Positions 18,733-31,716 are shown, counted from the first letter of the stretch. The stretch is 64,000 nt of DNA from Blastocladiella emersonii ATCC 22665 (GCA_025594325.1 JANHCV010000012.1:248001-312000); one strand, 5' to 3'. Numbers and translations: made by a program. Notes: generated by a model from the letters alone, not told the origin.

Positions 18733-19013
18733 AGTTGGAGTAATCGCTGTGTGATGGCACATGCGTTTTAGTCCACTCTCGCTTCCCTTCTTCAGGTTAT
18801 GAGCCCTGAATTCGATTCCGTCTGCGCTCGATATTCGTCTCGTCGTCTGTCGCCCCTCACGCTCCATCGCAACGGACCCACGAAAGGTTCGGGAGCAAGC
18901 TCCATGACAGCAGACCCACGGACAGGTTTGGGAGCTCGAGTGAGGGGGAGAGTTGGATTAATCGCTGTATCATGGCACATGCGTTTTAGTCCACTCTCGC
19001 TTCCCTTCTTCAG
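18733..19013 (+). repeat. 63-bp direct repeat x2 (18733-18795, 18951-19013)
   Basis: AGTTGGA.TAATCGCTGT...GCTTCCCTTCTTCAG in both copies; ends like an intron acceptor. Confidence 0.8.
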
Positions 19014-19557
19014 TGCAAGCCCAATCCCCGCCGTAAAATGATCAATCGAGGTGACGCAAAGCGATGAGAAATACAGGAGAGATCGCAGTCGTCATGAGTG
19101 AAACGCGGCGGAGCTCACGGAGTTGGCACTGTGCGGCGCGCGCTGTGTCTGCGCCGAACTTACGCAAGGCACTGCGCGCCATCTTCGCAAACCATTTCGC
19201 GTCTTTGACGCCATCGAGCGCGCCGTTGGGTACAAGTTCCCAAAACTTGAGCAACAACAAGCGCCCAAATGCAGGCAGCTGAAGGCTCGCGTGTGGCAAC
19301 AACAAAGGAGCGGGAAGCGACGCAGACAGCGGTGTGAGGCTGCGCCAACTTAAGAAACGACATGATGACCGAGTTGGGAAGCGCGACAAGCATGGTGGGA
19401 GTTGGGCTCCCCGCCGGGCCCACTGGCAGCGGCGTGGAACCCGCGTCCACATCACCTGTGTCGCCTGTAAAGTTCGCAAACCTTCGCGCGACAAGCGTGT
19501 CGGAGCGAGAAACCATACATTTATGCTACAGAGAAAGCACCAAATCTACCCGCTCAC

Positions 19558-20731
19558 TCACACGTCGTCCTCTAACTTGGCGCGCATCGCAAGCAGCCTG
19601 GCGAGGCGCTCCTCAGAGATGGCGTCCTGGCCGGGCTTGAGCACCTGGATCGACTCGCCGTCCACCTCCTGCAGCAGCTGTTCGAGGATCGCGTTGAACT
19701 CGGCCGCCTGCTCCTTGCCGTCGCCGTCCTCCTCGGTGTCAGCGACCGCTGCGGCCGTCGTGGGCGCGCTGCTGCTGCTGGCCGCGGCGGCATCTGGCTC
19801 CGAGCTCGACCCAAGCCCCGTCTTGTCGTTGAGCTTGCCCTGGCCAATGACCATCTTCTCGAGCTGGCGCTTGGACTGGGCGCGCTCGTAGACCATCTGC
19901 TCAAACTCGGAGATGAACCGGAACACTGTCACTGGGCGATCCTGTCCCATGCGGTGGGCGCGATCCATGGCCTGGAGGTCGACGGCGGGGTTGTCGGACG
20001 AGTCGAGGAGGACCACCGTGTCGGCGGCGACCAGGTTGAGCCCGAGCCCACCGGCCTTGGTGCTGAGCAGGAACAGCTTGCACTCGGGGTCGTTGTGGAA
20101 CTTGGCAATCGCCGCCTTGCGCTCCTCGTGGCCGACAGACCCGTCGAGCCGCGCGTGGCCCCACCCCTTGGACTCGAGGTAGTACTGGACAATGGTCAGG
20201 AACGTCGTGTACTGCGAGAACAGGAGCACCTTGTGCTTCTGGTCGGCCTCGTCGACGAGCAGCGCGCGCAGGATCTGGTCCAGCAGCATCATCTTGCCCG
20301 ACCGCGCCACGAGCGAGGCCTCGGGCTCGTAGTCAATTGGGTACTCGGGGTGCGGGAACAGGAACGGGTGGCACGACAGACGCCGCACCGCCATGTACTT
20401 GTGGCGCAGCCCGACGCTCAGCTCGCGCGTCCGCGGCACGCGCACGTCGAGCGCCTCGAACTTGGCCGTCAGGTACTCGACCAGCGTGTTCTCGCGCACC
20501 GCCGTGAACAGGTCGCGCTGCTCGCGCGTCAGCGGCGCCGTCACCACCAGCTCCTTTTTCGGCGGGAGGTTCAGGTTCACGTCCGCCTTGACGCGGCGAA
20601 GCATGAAGGGGCCCAGGATCTGGTGCATCTTGGTCACAAGCTGATTCGTCAGCTGCAGGTTCAGGATCTTGTCGCGGTTCAGCTTGGTGCCCTCAAGCTC
20701 GAAATCGAACCACCCAAGGAACGAGTCTACA
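19558..20731 (-). pseudogene. 5'-truncated HELLS/DDM1-like helicase (C-terminal half only)
   Basis: SVDSFLGWFDF...KMHQILGPFMLRRVKADVNLNLPPKKE, SGKMMLLD, KVLLFSQ, RLDGS, FLLSTKAGGLGLNLVAADTVV, DLQAMDRAHRMGQ, KRQLEKMVIGQGK. Preceded by an acceptor CAG; no ATPase N-lobe exons before the next gene at 20888. Confidence 0.82.
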
Positions 20732-20887
20732 CTGCAAGTCCCCCTGCTCCAGGCGTGCGTCGCGCCGAGTGGTTGAGGCGACGATCATCTAGAAACACAT
20801 TTCTTTATTGATCAACTCCGCGTTGCTCGCCTGGAAAACATAAAGACGAGGGCGAGTGGTCGATGCGGCTGCGCAACAAATGGCCGG

Positions 20888-22340
20888 TTACGGCATGAAG
20901 CGGTGGCGCGGGAGCAACGCCTGGTATTCGGACATATCGAAAGGCTCGCTGGTCTCTACGCTGTAGACAGGCTGAATCTGCAGAACGTCGACGCTCCTGG
21001 GTAAGCTACGGATGAGACGGTTGATGCTCGCGCGACTGAGCACCGCGCCAACCATTGCCCACCCCTTGATTGCGGGCGGGATGTTGGCAAGAATAGCAGC
21101 GAGTCCGACGTCGCGAAGATTGACCTTGCTCATTGAGAGGAGCAGAAGCGAGTGAGGAAGCACCCGTGCCAGCTCAATGAGGCCCATGTTTTCATCGCTA
21201 GCCCGGTTGCCAGAAATGTCAAGGAAGAGGAGCTGTGGAGGTAAGAAACGTGCCAATGCGACGAATCCGGCATCGGAAATTTCGTTGTCGGCGACGTCGA
21301 GCCGCTCTAGACTGGAGGGAAGCCGCGGAGCGAGGGCGGCCAGTCCGTCAGAGTCAAACATGGTATACTTGAGCTGAAGCTCCTTGAGGCCTTGCGGGAG
21401 GTGTTCGGCCAAAACCGCTGCGGCGCGAGCCGGTAGGGCAGTGAAATTGAGGATCAGCGTGGTGAGCGAGGACGGGAGCGCGCGAAGTAGGCGTTTGACA
21501 TCTGGCACAGAGCGAATGCGGCAAAACTCGAGGTTGAGCTGCTTGAGTCGCAGCGGAAAGACAATGCGCTCAAAAGACTTGGCGCCGTGGCCCAGCCAAG
21601 CTTCGCCGACAATGAGCTCAGTGACAGTCTCTGGTAGCCGGAGCGCATGGAAAATGGGAAAGGTAATGCCGCAACATCTGAGCTCGACCCGGGTGACCTG
21701 CGCACCAGCCATGGCTTGGGCAAGCGTGGTCGCCCCAACCGCGGTGATGCGCTCGCGGTTGAGCTTCACGCACGTCTCCGTCCCAGCAAGATTCGCAGGA
21801 AGCAGTTGCTGAATCCGTGCATCGCCCGGAGGCTCAGCCCGGGGAGAAAATGGCTACGTGGACCAAGGGAGCGAATCAGTTGGACCCAATTCCTGCTCAA
21901 GCTACGTGCTTCCAGTGAAACGTACGTAGAAGCCCTCCTCGTCTTCGAGCTCAATGGGGCAAAGTCCGTTAAAGTGCACCTGGACCGAGGACGCGACGCG
22001 ACACTCGGGCAATTTGAGACCTGAGCGGCGCCACCAGTCGAGCGACTCGTAAGGCATCTCGTCGCCAAGCACGGCCTCCGTGTAAACGAGTGGACGGCCC
22101 GAGCGGCGCCACGCGTCCAGGACGTTGATCTGCGTGAAGAGTAGCATTGTCTATGGAAACTGAAAGCATCTGATGCTGGACAGCGCGGTGAACGCAGGGC
22201 GCCCTCGCGCGCGGGAAGACCTGCGAATACTGCGACAGCTCCCAAACGTCGTTTGGGCAGAACAGTGCAACCGCGGCGCACAAGATGCGCTCGAAGACCA
22301 AGTCAGGCAGTGCAGGTAGTCGTTTGTCCCTTTGCTCCAT
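20888..22340 (-). pseudogene. Family A copy: F-box-like + ankyrin-like + RNI-type LRR; frameshift near 22133
   Basis: Exon 1 MEQRDKRLPALPDLVFERIL...SVSIDNATLH/QINVLDAW...SLDWWRRSGL; intron 21925-21854 joins in frame to PFSPRAEPPGD...LRR exon; frame change at H-G-Q relative to paralogues. Confidence 0.75.
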
Positions 22341-23967
22341 GTGCTCGATGTTAATCGCTCGCGGAGAGGAGAGCGGCTGACGTCGCGCTGCCAGCTCCAC
22401 GTTGGCTGGGCGGCAAGCGTGACGCCACTGTTCTGCACGTGCACATGACCTTCGCGCTAAGGCCTCGACGGCGAGCGCGCCAACCGTGCCGCTGCCAGCA
22501 ACGAGCTTGCTTTGCAACTGAGCGCTTGATACCAACTCGTTTACTTGACGCGACACATCCGGCGGAGACAACCACGCCAAAACCTAGGCGGTCACGCACT
22601 TTAGTTGACGTCGCCCGGAGCCACCCCTTCACTCAAAAATTACTAGCGTCCTGCGGGCGTCTTAAGCAACAAGCTCTCTAACTTCTTTCCGATCGTTTGC
22701 GAAGTGATGGACTATCTTTGCGAAATGATGGACTATCTTTGGTGCACGGTGGTCAAACGAGGAACGTGTCTCCGATCTGCTTGTAGTCGCGCTCGCGATC
22801 CACGTCCCGTCTCGATGAGCAGCGCGTGATCGGAGCGTCAGCTGTCCGGCATACCACTCGAGCGCGCCCCTGCCTGCTCGACCGCGATCCGCAAGGCAGT
22901 GTGGCTGCCCCGGTGCCAGGCGGTGGCCAAGGCCTCGCCAGTCGTGCTCGGCCCGGCGTTGCCGCCGCCCGCCCGGCCTGATCCGCCGCCGCCGCGGCGG
23001 GCGCCCCTCACCCGCGCGAAGCGCGCGGCCAATGGCTACGCACCGTGCTGCCTTGCCCCGCTCGCTGACCCTGACGATGGCTGCTGCGCCGCGGGAAACC
23101 CGCGGCGAAAGGCAGTGGCCCTTGCTGACGCAGCGGTGGCCCGCTGACACAACAGCGGAACCCTCGCTGCGCACCCGGCCCTCCGACCAGCATTCGGGAT
23201 CCCCGTCAACGACGACGGCTCCCTGCTGACCGTCAGGCCGGCCCTGACCCTTTTTGACCCCCTGCATGGCTCGTGGATCGACGCCCGCGTCGCCCCGCGA
23301 CTCGGCGACTGGCAAGTCGCTGAGGACCCTGGCTTCCCACCAGGGCCGCCGTAGCGCATCCCTGCACCACCGGGCGCGTCTGGACTAGCCCTAGTCTAGC
23401 TCGCGCCTGGAGGGTGTGCGGCGACATGCGCTGAGCTGCGGAGCACGCTCACACGCTCCGCTACCACCAGGTGGGTCGAGATTTGGGGCAGCCGGGTTGG
23501 AGGGTTCTTGGCCTCGGGCTGGTCTCCCTGCCAGCCTCCCTGCCTCCGCGCGCGCCCAGCCCCATAGGTTTTTCTCCTGTTGTGCTGCCGTTCGTGAGCT
23601 CTGTTTGGTGACTGTGTGGTGACGATGAGTCGTTTTTTGTCTTTCCTTTGCAATTTTCCTCCTCTAGCACGTGAACACATCTGGGCGAATTTTCAAAAAA
23701 AAAAAAAAAACGCTTGAGCGCGCCCGGCGGTCGCTCAGCGTTGACGTGTTCGTCAAGGTGAGCACAGCCCACGTTGAAGGTAGTTAAGGACTTCCACGAC
23801 TTGGCCAAGTCATGAGACGCGCTGCGCCACACAACCACCCGCCTGGTGTTTCTTGTCACTCCCATGGGCGCGGAGACTCCTCACTGAGCGAATTATATCA
23901 CGAAACAAAACAAAACACCATGTATTGTGTTTGAGCTGGCTCGTGAGGAGACTTGGAGACTTTAAGT

Positions 23968-24444
23968 TCAGCGAAACCACAACACGAAAAGAGCTCGCCC
24001 GAAATTGATAAGGAGTGCGATCAAGGCCAAGGCAAGTTGCGTGTTGTTTACCAGGGCGATTTTGATTGGGACGGCCTCCACCGTAATGACTTGAGTCAGG
24101 CTTGGCCTGACATCATGCACAGCTGAAACGAACAGCGGGAAAGCGAGTGCTGCAGCTACTGAAAGCCAGAGGAGGATCCAAACAAACAGTCTGATCCTGG
24201 TCATGAAGGTCGCCCAAGTCGTTGATCTGCAACTCATGATCAACGCGTAGATACCGCCAAAGAACATGAAGGCCTGGACGACACAGTTGAGCCCAATGAA
24301 CACGATGATCACGATGCGATTGAAAACCGCCAATGCTTTCCAGTGGTCCTGCACGAGACTTCGCAGTTCCCACGCCGCATAGAGAGAAAACACGGGTATC
24401 GCAAACAAGCAGTTTCCAAAGCCGTAGGCTGATACTTGGGTCAA
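23968..24444 (-). CDS. Hypothetical multi-pass membrane protein (may be the 3' part of the gene at 24537..25130)
   Basis: Several hydrophobic segments; AT-richer than host housekeeping genes. Confidence 0.45.
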   Translation of the reverse strand: MTQVSAYGFGNCLFAIPVFSLYAAWELRSLVQDHWKALAVFNRIVIIVFIGLNCVVQAFMFFGGIYALIMSCRSTTWATFMTRIRLFVWILLWLSVAAALAFPLFVSAVHDVRPSLTQVITVEAVPIKIALVNNTQLALALIALLINFGRALFVLWFR

Positions 24445-24536
24445 CCAGTGATACTTTGGTGCAGGATCGGCATCAGGTTCAACGTTGGCCTCCGGCCTGG
24501 GGCCGCGATTGAACCACTCACTAATCCTACAATGGT

Positions 24537-25130
24537 CTACAAGACTTGAAGTCTTAGTCTCCTCTGAGCATTTCGCCAGGCAGTTTTGAGATCAGTACCT
24601 CGCTCATTCAAATTTTGAATAATGTCAACGGGCGATAACTCGTTTTCGAGCTCCAGTGAGACCAATTTGACAAAGAAAACAACAGCGAAGTTGGTAAAAC
24701 AAGTAGTCAGGACGATCCAAAGGTGGGCCAAGGTTTTTTCACCCAAGGGATTTGGATTCCTGGGCACAACCACGGCAAAAAGCCAGACCGCTTGCACAAG
24801 CTCCAGCACCAACGAGACCACGGTCAAGATGGTGGTGAAAGTTTTGGCTTGTGGTTGATCTGGATCGCTGCCACCGTCGTCCTTGGTGGCATCAGCTTTG
24901 CCGTACGTGGGCAAGCACAAGGCACAAGGCGACGACAGCAGGTACGGCAAGACCCGCTCCTTGATCCGCGGAGTGACATAAACCATGAGAAGTTGGAAGA
25001 AGAAGCCAACGATCGCGACGAAGACTCCAGGCCAGCCAAGGATGATGGGGTAGTGCTGGATGATTTCTTCAATGCTGCGGGAAGCCGTGGTCGTAGTGTT
25101 TGCCACAAGGTGTTGCGGAGTTTGATTCAT
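24537..25130 (-). CDS. Hypothetical multi-pass membrane protein
   Basis: ATG start; three hydrophobic stretches. Confidence 0.5.
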   Translation of the reverse strand: MNQTPQHLVANTTTTASRSIEEIIQHYPIILGWPGVFVAIVGFFFQLLMVYVTPRIKERVLPYLLSSPCALCLPTYGKADATKDDGGSDPDQPQAKTFTTILTVVSLVLELVQAVWLFAVVVPRNPNPLGEKTLAHLWIVLTTCFTNFAVVFFVKLVSLELENELSPVDIIQNLNERGTDLKTAWRNAQRRLRLQVL

Positions 25131-25442
25131 GGTTGAGATTCATGTTGTCCCGGGAGAGCAGGGATCGCGCTCGCTCAGCCGCGGCACATGTACGCGTCGG
25201 TTGGCCCTGCACCGCACGATCGCTGTGCACCGCACCGCGGCGACGGTGTACGCTCGGGGCAGCTTGTTGTGAAAGCGACTCGCACCGCAACGAGGGCAAG
25301 GAGCAGCACGACCGCGCTATGCAGTGGAATCCGCCGCGCTGAACCCGTCACCAAAGGCAGCCAAATGATGTGGAAACGCTTTTATGCAATGATAACACGA
25401 CAGCAATGATGGGGAAAGCTAATGAGGAGATGTAGGCAAGCC

Positions 25443-26130
25443 CTAGTACTTGATGGGGGCGTAGACGGGGGCGTCGAGGACGGCGCGGGCGTTGAGGAAC
25501 TCGAGCTCGATGACGAAGAGGTACTCGAGGAGGTTGGCCTCGAGGCCGCGCACGAGCTGGCCAGCTAGAGAGCGAGCGGGATACGGTGAGCGGTCGGAGC
25601 GCTGAAAGTAAGTATGCGAGTGAAACGTACCAGCGCGGGCGGTGCCGCCGGTGGCAGCGAGGTCGTCGAGGATGACGACGTTCTGGCCGGGGGCGATGGC
25701 GTCGGTCTGGATCTCGAGCGTGTCCTATTCGTTACGCAAACGAAGGTCAGCCCAAGCTCAAGCCGCCGCACGAGTAGCGAGGGATACGCACCACGCCGTA
25801 CTCCTTCTCGTACGAGGCCTGCGAGACCTTGCCGGGGAGCTTGCCGGGCTTGCGGACGGGGACGAACGAGGCGCCGATGCGGAGGGCGAGGAGCGGGCCG
25901 AGGAGGAAGCCGCGCGAGTCGATGCCGACGATCACGTCGACCTTCTTGCCGAGGTTGAGCAGGTGCGAGGTGAGGTGCGCAGCGAGGGCCTCGAGGGCGA
26001 GCGGGTCGCGGAAGACGGGGAAGAAGTCCTTGAACTCGATACCGGCCTTGGGGAAGTCGGGGATGGTGGCGATGGCAGCGCGCACGCGGTCGAGGCCGTC
26101 GGGGTTGGGGGTGGTGGCGGCGGAGGACAT
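25443..26130 (-). CDS. APT1: Adenine phosphoribosyltransferase
   Basis: Exons 26130-25792 / 25724-25631 / 25564-25443; [43 protein letters not shown] motif [13 protein letters not shown]. Confidence 0.95.
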
Positions 26131-26730
26131 GGTGGGGAGAGCTGGAGCGGGCACAGAAGCGACGGCGGCGGCGGCGTGCGAGGAGCGGCGGTACGCGGCG
26201 AGGAGCGGGTTCGCGGTGTCGTCAGTGACGGGAACGGGCGCGCGGACGACGCAGGCGTGGAGCAGGTGCGGGCCCCACGGATCCTCCTCGTGCGCGGCGG
26301 CAGACTGTGTTGGCGGGTAGTTCATCGCGGAGAGGTCCGTGCGAGAGAGACGAAGCGAGGACCGCCGCCGGACGACTTGGAGGCCCGCTCGCAGAGATCC
26401 GCGGGCCCGGCTCGGTCGCGCAAAAGGTTACATGAGACGCACGGGTGTTGTGGTATGACGACAGGAAGGGGAGAGGGGAGGGCCGGCGGGTGGGCCGCGC
26501 TTCCTGATAGCAGCGAGGAGCGGCGGAAGATTCCGGGCTGAGGGGGAGTGGCTGATGCATGGATGAAACGCGCGACCCGACTTCCGCCGCGGGCTGACAC
26601 GCGTCACCTGACGTGCGGTTTCGGCGGGATCCGACTCACTGCGCCGCGACGCGTCGCTCACTTCGTCCCTGAATCGCTCCCCGAAACCCCACGATTCCAT
26701 GAAGCAACTGCATGCAACACGCCCATCACC

Positions 26731-29678
26731 ATGAAGTGCGTCAGCCCGCGCAGCCGCAGCGGCCGACCCGCGCTAACCACCCCGCGGCGGGCAGGCTCGA
26801 CATCAACGGCCTCGACGTGCTGTTCCCGTATGACTACATCTACCCGGAGCAGTACAAGTACATGTGCGACCTCAAGGAGTCGATCGACCGCGAGGGCCCG
26901 TGCGTGCTCGAGATGCCCTCGGGCACGGGCAAGACCGTGTCGCTGCTGTCGCTCATCGTCTCGTACATCATGGTGAACCCGGGCAAGCGCAAGCTCGTCT
27001 ACTGCTCGCGCACCGTGCCCGAGATCGAGAAGGCCCTGCTCGAGCTGAAACGCCTCATGGCCTTCCGCACCGCCGCGCTCGGCCACCAGGAGGAGTTCCT
27101 CGCCCTCGGCCTGTCCTCGCGCAAGAACATGTGCGTCAACCCGGACGTCGTCAAGGAGAAGTGGGGCAAGGCCGTCGACGCACGCTGCCGCTCTCTCACC
27201 GCGTCCTGGGTCCGGGCCCGCGCCAACGACGCCCGCGAGCGCGCCCGCGTCGTGCACCACCGCGCGCCGCGCGCCGGGCGCAGCCAGGGCCCCGTGCGCC
27301 GGCCCGGCGGCATGACGGGGGCGCGCGGGCCGACCGGCGCGTCCAACGACTCGTCCTCGGACGACGACGAGGGGATCGCGAACGGCGGTGGCGGCGGCGA
27401 TGCCATGGAAGTGGACGGCGAGGCCGACGTGGAATCGGCAGCGGCGCCCGCGCTGTGCAGCTTCTTCGAGGGCCTCGAGAACGCCGACGAGAACGCAGTC
27501 ATGCCCGTCGGCGTCTACACCATCGACGAGCTGCGCGGGTGGGGCAAGGACCACGGCATGTGCCCGTACTTTCTCAGCCGCCGCATGATCCCGCTCGCCA
27601 ACGTCATCATCTACTCGTACCACTACCTGCTCGACCCCAAGGTCGCCGAGCTCGTCAGTCGCGACCTCACCAAGGACGCCATTGTCGTGTTTGACGAGGC
27701 CCACAACATCGGTACGCTTTTCTTTGGGGGTGGTGCGGTCGCGGTGGCTGATTTTTTTTTCGCGAGTGTGTAGACAACGTGTGCATCGAGTCCATGTCCG
27801 TCGACATCACCCGCCGCGTCCTCGACAGCAGCTCGGCGTGCATCGCCCAGCTCTCGGACCGCATCCAGCAGTACGTTTATCCCAAACTCGCGTCCCGAAA
27901 CCCATCTCACTCCCGCTCGCTCGCACTCGCGTAGCATCAAGCAGACCGACGCCGAGAAGCTGCGCAACGAGTACGACCGCCTCGTCGAGGGCCTGCGGCA
28001 GACCGCGAGCGCGCGCGACACGAACGAGGTTCTCGGCAACCCGGGTACGGTTCCGCTCGCCGCGATTCATGGTGGCGCGCTCGCTGACGCGCTGTCGAGT
28101 AGTGCTGCCCGACAACATTCTCAACGAGGCCGTACCGGGAAATATCCGCAAGGCCGAGCACTTTGTCGCCTTCCTCCGCCGGTTCGTCGAGTACCTCAAG
28201 GTACGCGCGGTTTTGCTCGATCGACAAGAACGCGAAACTCACACACCGCTCTGGTTGTAGACGCGACTCAAGGTCAAGCACGTCGTCGCCGAGTCGCCCG
28301 CCTCGTTCCTGCTGCACCTCACCGAGATGACCTACATTGAGCGCAAGCCGCTGCAGTACGTCACCCCGCGTCCGCTCCCAACCCCTCGCACCGACTCACC
28401 TCATACCGATTTAGGTTCTGCTCGGAGCGCCTGTCGTCGCTGGTGCGCACGCTCGAGATCACGGACATTGACAACTACGCGGAGCTGAGCAAGGTGGCCA
28501 TGTTCGGGACCCTCGTCGCGACATACTTCCGCGGGTTCATGCTGATCCTCGAGCCGCACGATACGGGCACCGACACGGTGCTGCACCTGACGTGCCTGGA
28601 CGCGTCGCTCGCCATCAAGCCTGTGTTCCAGCGGTTCCCGACCGTCATCATCACGTCCGGCACGCTGTCGCCGCTGCACATGTACGGCAAGATGCTCGGG
28701 TTCACGCCCATCATCGAAAAGTCGTACGACATGTCGCTCACGCGCGACTGTTTCTGCCCGCTCGTCATCACGCGCGGGTCCGACCAGGTCGCGATTTCGT
28801 CGAAATTCGAGGTGCGCGACGAGCCCGCCGTCGTGCGCAACTTCGGCCAGATCCTGATCCAGCTCGCGACCATCGTCCCCGACGGCGTCGTGTGCTTCTT
28901 CCCGTCGTACCTGTACATGGAGTCGATCGTCAGCATGTGGAACGCCATGGGCCTGCTCGACGAGGTGTGGCGGCACAAGCTGATCTTTGTCGAGACGCCC
29001 GACGCCGCCGAGACGGCCGTCGCGCTCGAAAACTACCGCGCCGCGTGCGACAACGGGCGCGGCGCCGTGCTCCTGTCGGTGGCCCGCGGCAAGGTGTCCG
29101 AGGGCATCGATTTCGACCACAACTACGGCCGCGCCGTCGTCATGTTCGGGATCCCCTACCAGTACACCGAGTCGCGCACGCTCAAGGCCCGCCTTGAGTA
29201 CCTGCGCGACCACTTTGGGATCCGCGAAAACGATTTCCTCACGTTCGACGCGATGCGCCACGCCGCCCAGTGCGTCGGCCGCGTCCTCCGCGGAAAGACC
29301 GACTACGGGCTCATGATCTTCGCCGACAAGCGGTACGCACGCGCCGACAAGCGCAGCAAGCTGCCGCGCTGGATGGACCAGCGGTTCCAGGACGCGACGA
29401 CCAACTGCTCGACCGATATGGCCATGGCCGTCGCGCGCAATTTCCTGCGGGCGATGGCCCAGCCGTTCGAGCCCGCGGCGCAGCTCGGGTCGAGTCTCTG
29501 GACCATCGACCACGTCCGCGAGTTCGCCAAGGAGCAGATGCGCCGCCGCGCGCTCGCCGCGGGCACCGAGCCGAACCTCGTCGACGAGATCGGGATCGCC
29601 ATGGACGGCGACGAGGAGGACGAGATGGACTACGACGCCGAGGTCGCGGCGCACCTCGCGGCGGGCGGCACCATGTAG
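26731..29678 (+). CDS. RAD3: TFIIH helicase XPD/RAD3 (multi-exon)
   Basis: [97 protein letters not shown]. Confidence 0.97.
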
Positions 29679-29715
29679 TAGTGGGTGGAGCAATACACGC
29701 GCATTCTATTTCTTC

Positions 29716-31322
29716 TCAAATCGAGACGCCCGCGAGCTCGAGCGCGCGGTGGATCCAGTCGCGGATCGCCGGCCACCGCGGCACGTTCGCGTCCCGCACC
29801 ATCGCTTTCGTCTCGACGCCCAGATCGAGCAGCGGGCCGAACAAGTCGGCGTGCGGCCAGTCTTCCGGCACGCACGCGGGGAGGGTCACGGCGAGGTTGT
29901 TGGTCAGGATCGCGGCCGCATCGGCGTTGGAGACGGACGGGGTGAACGGCGCGCGCACGTCGGAGCCGACGACCTCGGGTGTGTTGTGTGGGTCGAGTTT
30001 CGAGAGACCGACGGCGAGCGCGGCGATGTGCGACCACGCGCGCGCGACGTTGGCGTGGTCGTATCCGCCTACACTTCCAGTGTTAGCCGCTCGCCGCGTT
30101 AACTCTCCTGCTCAACGTACCTCCGCCGAGCAACAGCATCCGCGATCTCGGAAACCTCGCGCGGACGAGCGCGACAGCGTGCACGAGCCCAACATGCGAC
30201 AAATTCCACGCGCCCCTCGGGTCGCCCGCGAGCCCGTCGGCGCCACACTGCACGACGACCGCAGCCGGCACCACGCCCGCGTCGGCGATCCGCGCGAGCA
30301 GCACGTCGACGGCCGCGCGCAGCGTCGCGTCGGTGCACCCGCGGTCGAGCGGGACGTTGACGTAGCTGCGTTTCCGCCCGCCCTCCGTGGCGGTCGTCGT
30401 GATGTCAAACACGCCGATCTCGTCGACCGCGGCGCCCGTGCCCGGGTAGAACCCCGGCGAGACGTGGTGGAGCGAGACCGTGAGCACGTCTTCCGCGCCC
30501 AAAAACGCAGACTCGACGCCGTCGCCGTGGTGCACGTCGAGGTCGAGGTACACGACAGGCCGCGCGCGCGTCGAGTGCAGGCCAGAGCGCAGGGTCTGGA
30601 TGGCGAGCGCAATATCGTTCACGTAACAGAACCCGCGCGCGGCGCCGCGCGTCGCGTGGTGTCGCCCGCCGTCAAAGTGGATCGCGATGGGTGCGGGGGA
30701 GGCGGAGGTGAGCAGCCAGCGTGCGGCGGCGAGCGAGCCGCCTGCCGCGTACCGGATGTGTGCGGCCAGGCCGCGGAAGGGCGGGCAGTCCTTTGAGGCG
30801 GAGGGGGTTAGCGGGTGCGGTCGAGAAGGGGAGTGCATGGGGAGGGCGTGTACATCTTCAAGGCCGAGCTGCGCGAGTACGGCGGGCGCGAGCTGCCCTC
30901 CCTTTGCGAGGTGACCGGCCGCGGCTGGGTCCGGTTAGCGCTGCGCGGCATGCGTGGCGAGCCGAGGCCGCGTACCGAGATACCGGAGGCCGTGGAAGGC
31001 CAGGAGCTCCTCCCCCGTCGCGGGCGCGTGCTCGATCGTGCTAGGGCGGACGCGGGGTCAGCTCCGCTGGGCCTATTTGGGATGCGTCCCGCGTACACGA
31101 CATGGGCAGGGTCAAGCAGGCCGAGAGCCTTGATCAGCCCGTGGACGAGAGAGGACTATGACCGAAGTCGTGCGTCAGCCGCGGTTTCCGGAGGCGGCGC
31201 GACAGCCAGGCGGGACCGACCCTTCCGCGGTTCGACGGCAAGTGGTCGTGGACGAGCGCGCTCGCCGCTGACCAGACGTAGGCGACACCGGGACCGTGAT
31301 GCACGGAGTTGTCTAGATTCAT
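29716..31322 (-). CDS. Class I histone deacetylase (HDAC8/Hos1-like, multi-exon)
   Basis: SLVHGLIKALGL, LLAFH, GLED-DCPPF, DGGRHHA, GFCYVNDI, YLDLDVHHGDGV, VSLH...GFYPGTG, VNVPL, QCGADGLAGDP, LGGG-GY across GT-AG introns. Confidence 0.92.
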
Positions 31323-31716
31323 TGCAGGGAGAGTCGGTGGGCGGGGAGGGCGAATGCGGCGTGCGCGACGACGGCGGCCAAGTCAGCTTGACCATTGACC
31401 AGGTGTCACATGATTGATCGACGCGTCTCGCTGTCCTGCGTTCGCGTCGGCGAGCCACGTTCGCGGGCTGCACGGCTGTTTTACTTGAACGGGAGCGGAA
31501 AAGGGAACGCGAAGCGCGCGAAGTGGACTGAAGATCATTCCTCGCGGTATTCAGGGTAACTCGATCCTGTTCTCTCTACGATTTTGCTGCTCTTGAGTAC
31601 TTCTAAACCTGGTGCACCTGCTTGATCTAATTCGTGAATCTGACTGGCTGCCCTGCTGAGGATTCAGACGCGTTGCGCCACACAACTGGTCGCGGCGGAT
31701 TAAACGCGCCGATGCC

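Noticed and set aside
1-20731. One HELLS gene split by the viral insertion
   Set aside because: On the minus strand the C-terminal fragment lies upstream of the N-terminal part, so the order is wrong.
22696-22741. 21-bp direct repeat (TGATGGACTATCTTTGCGAA)
   Set aside because: Only two copies with no associated structure; probably slippage.
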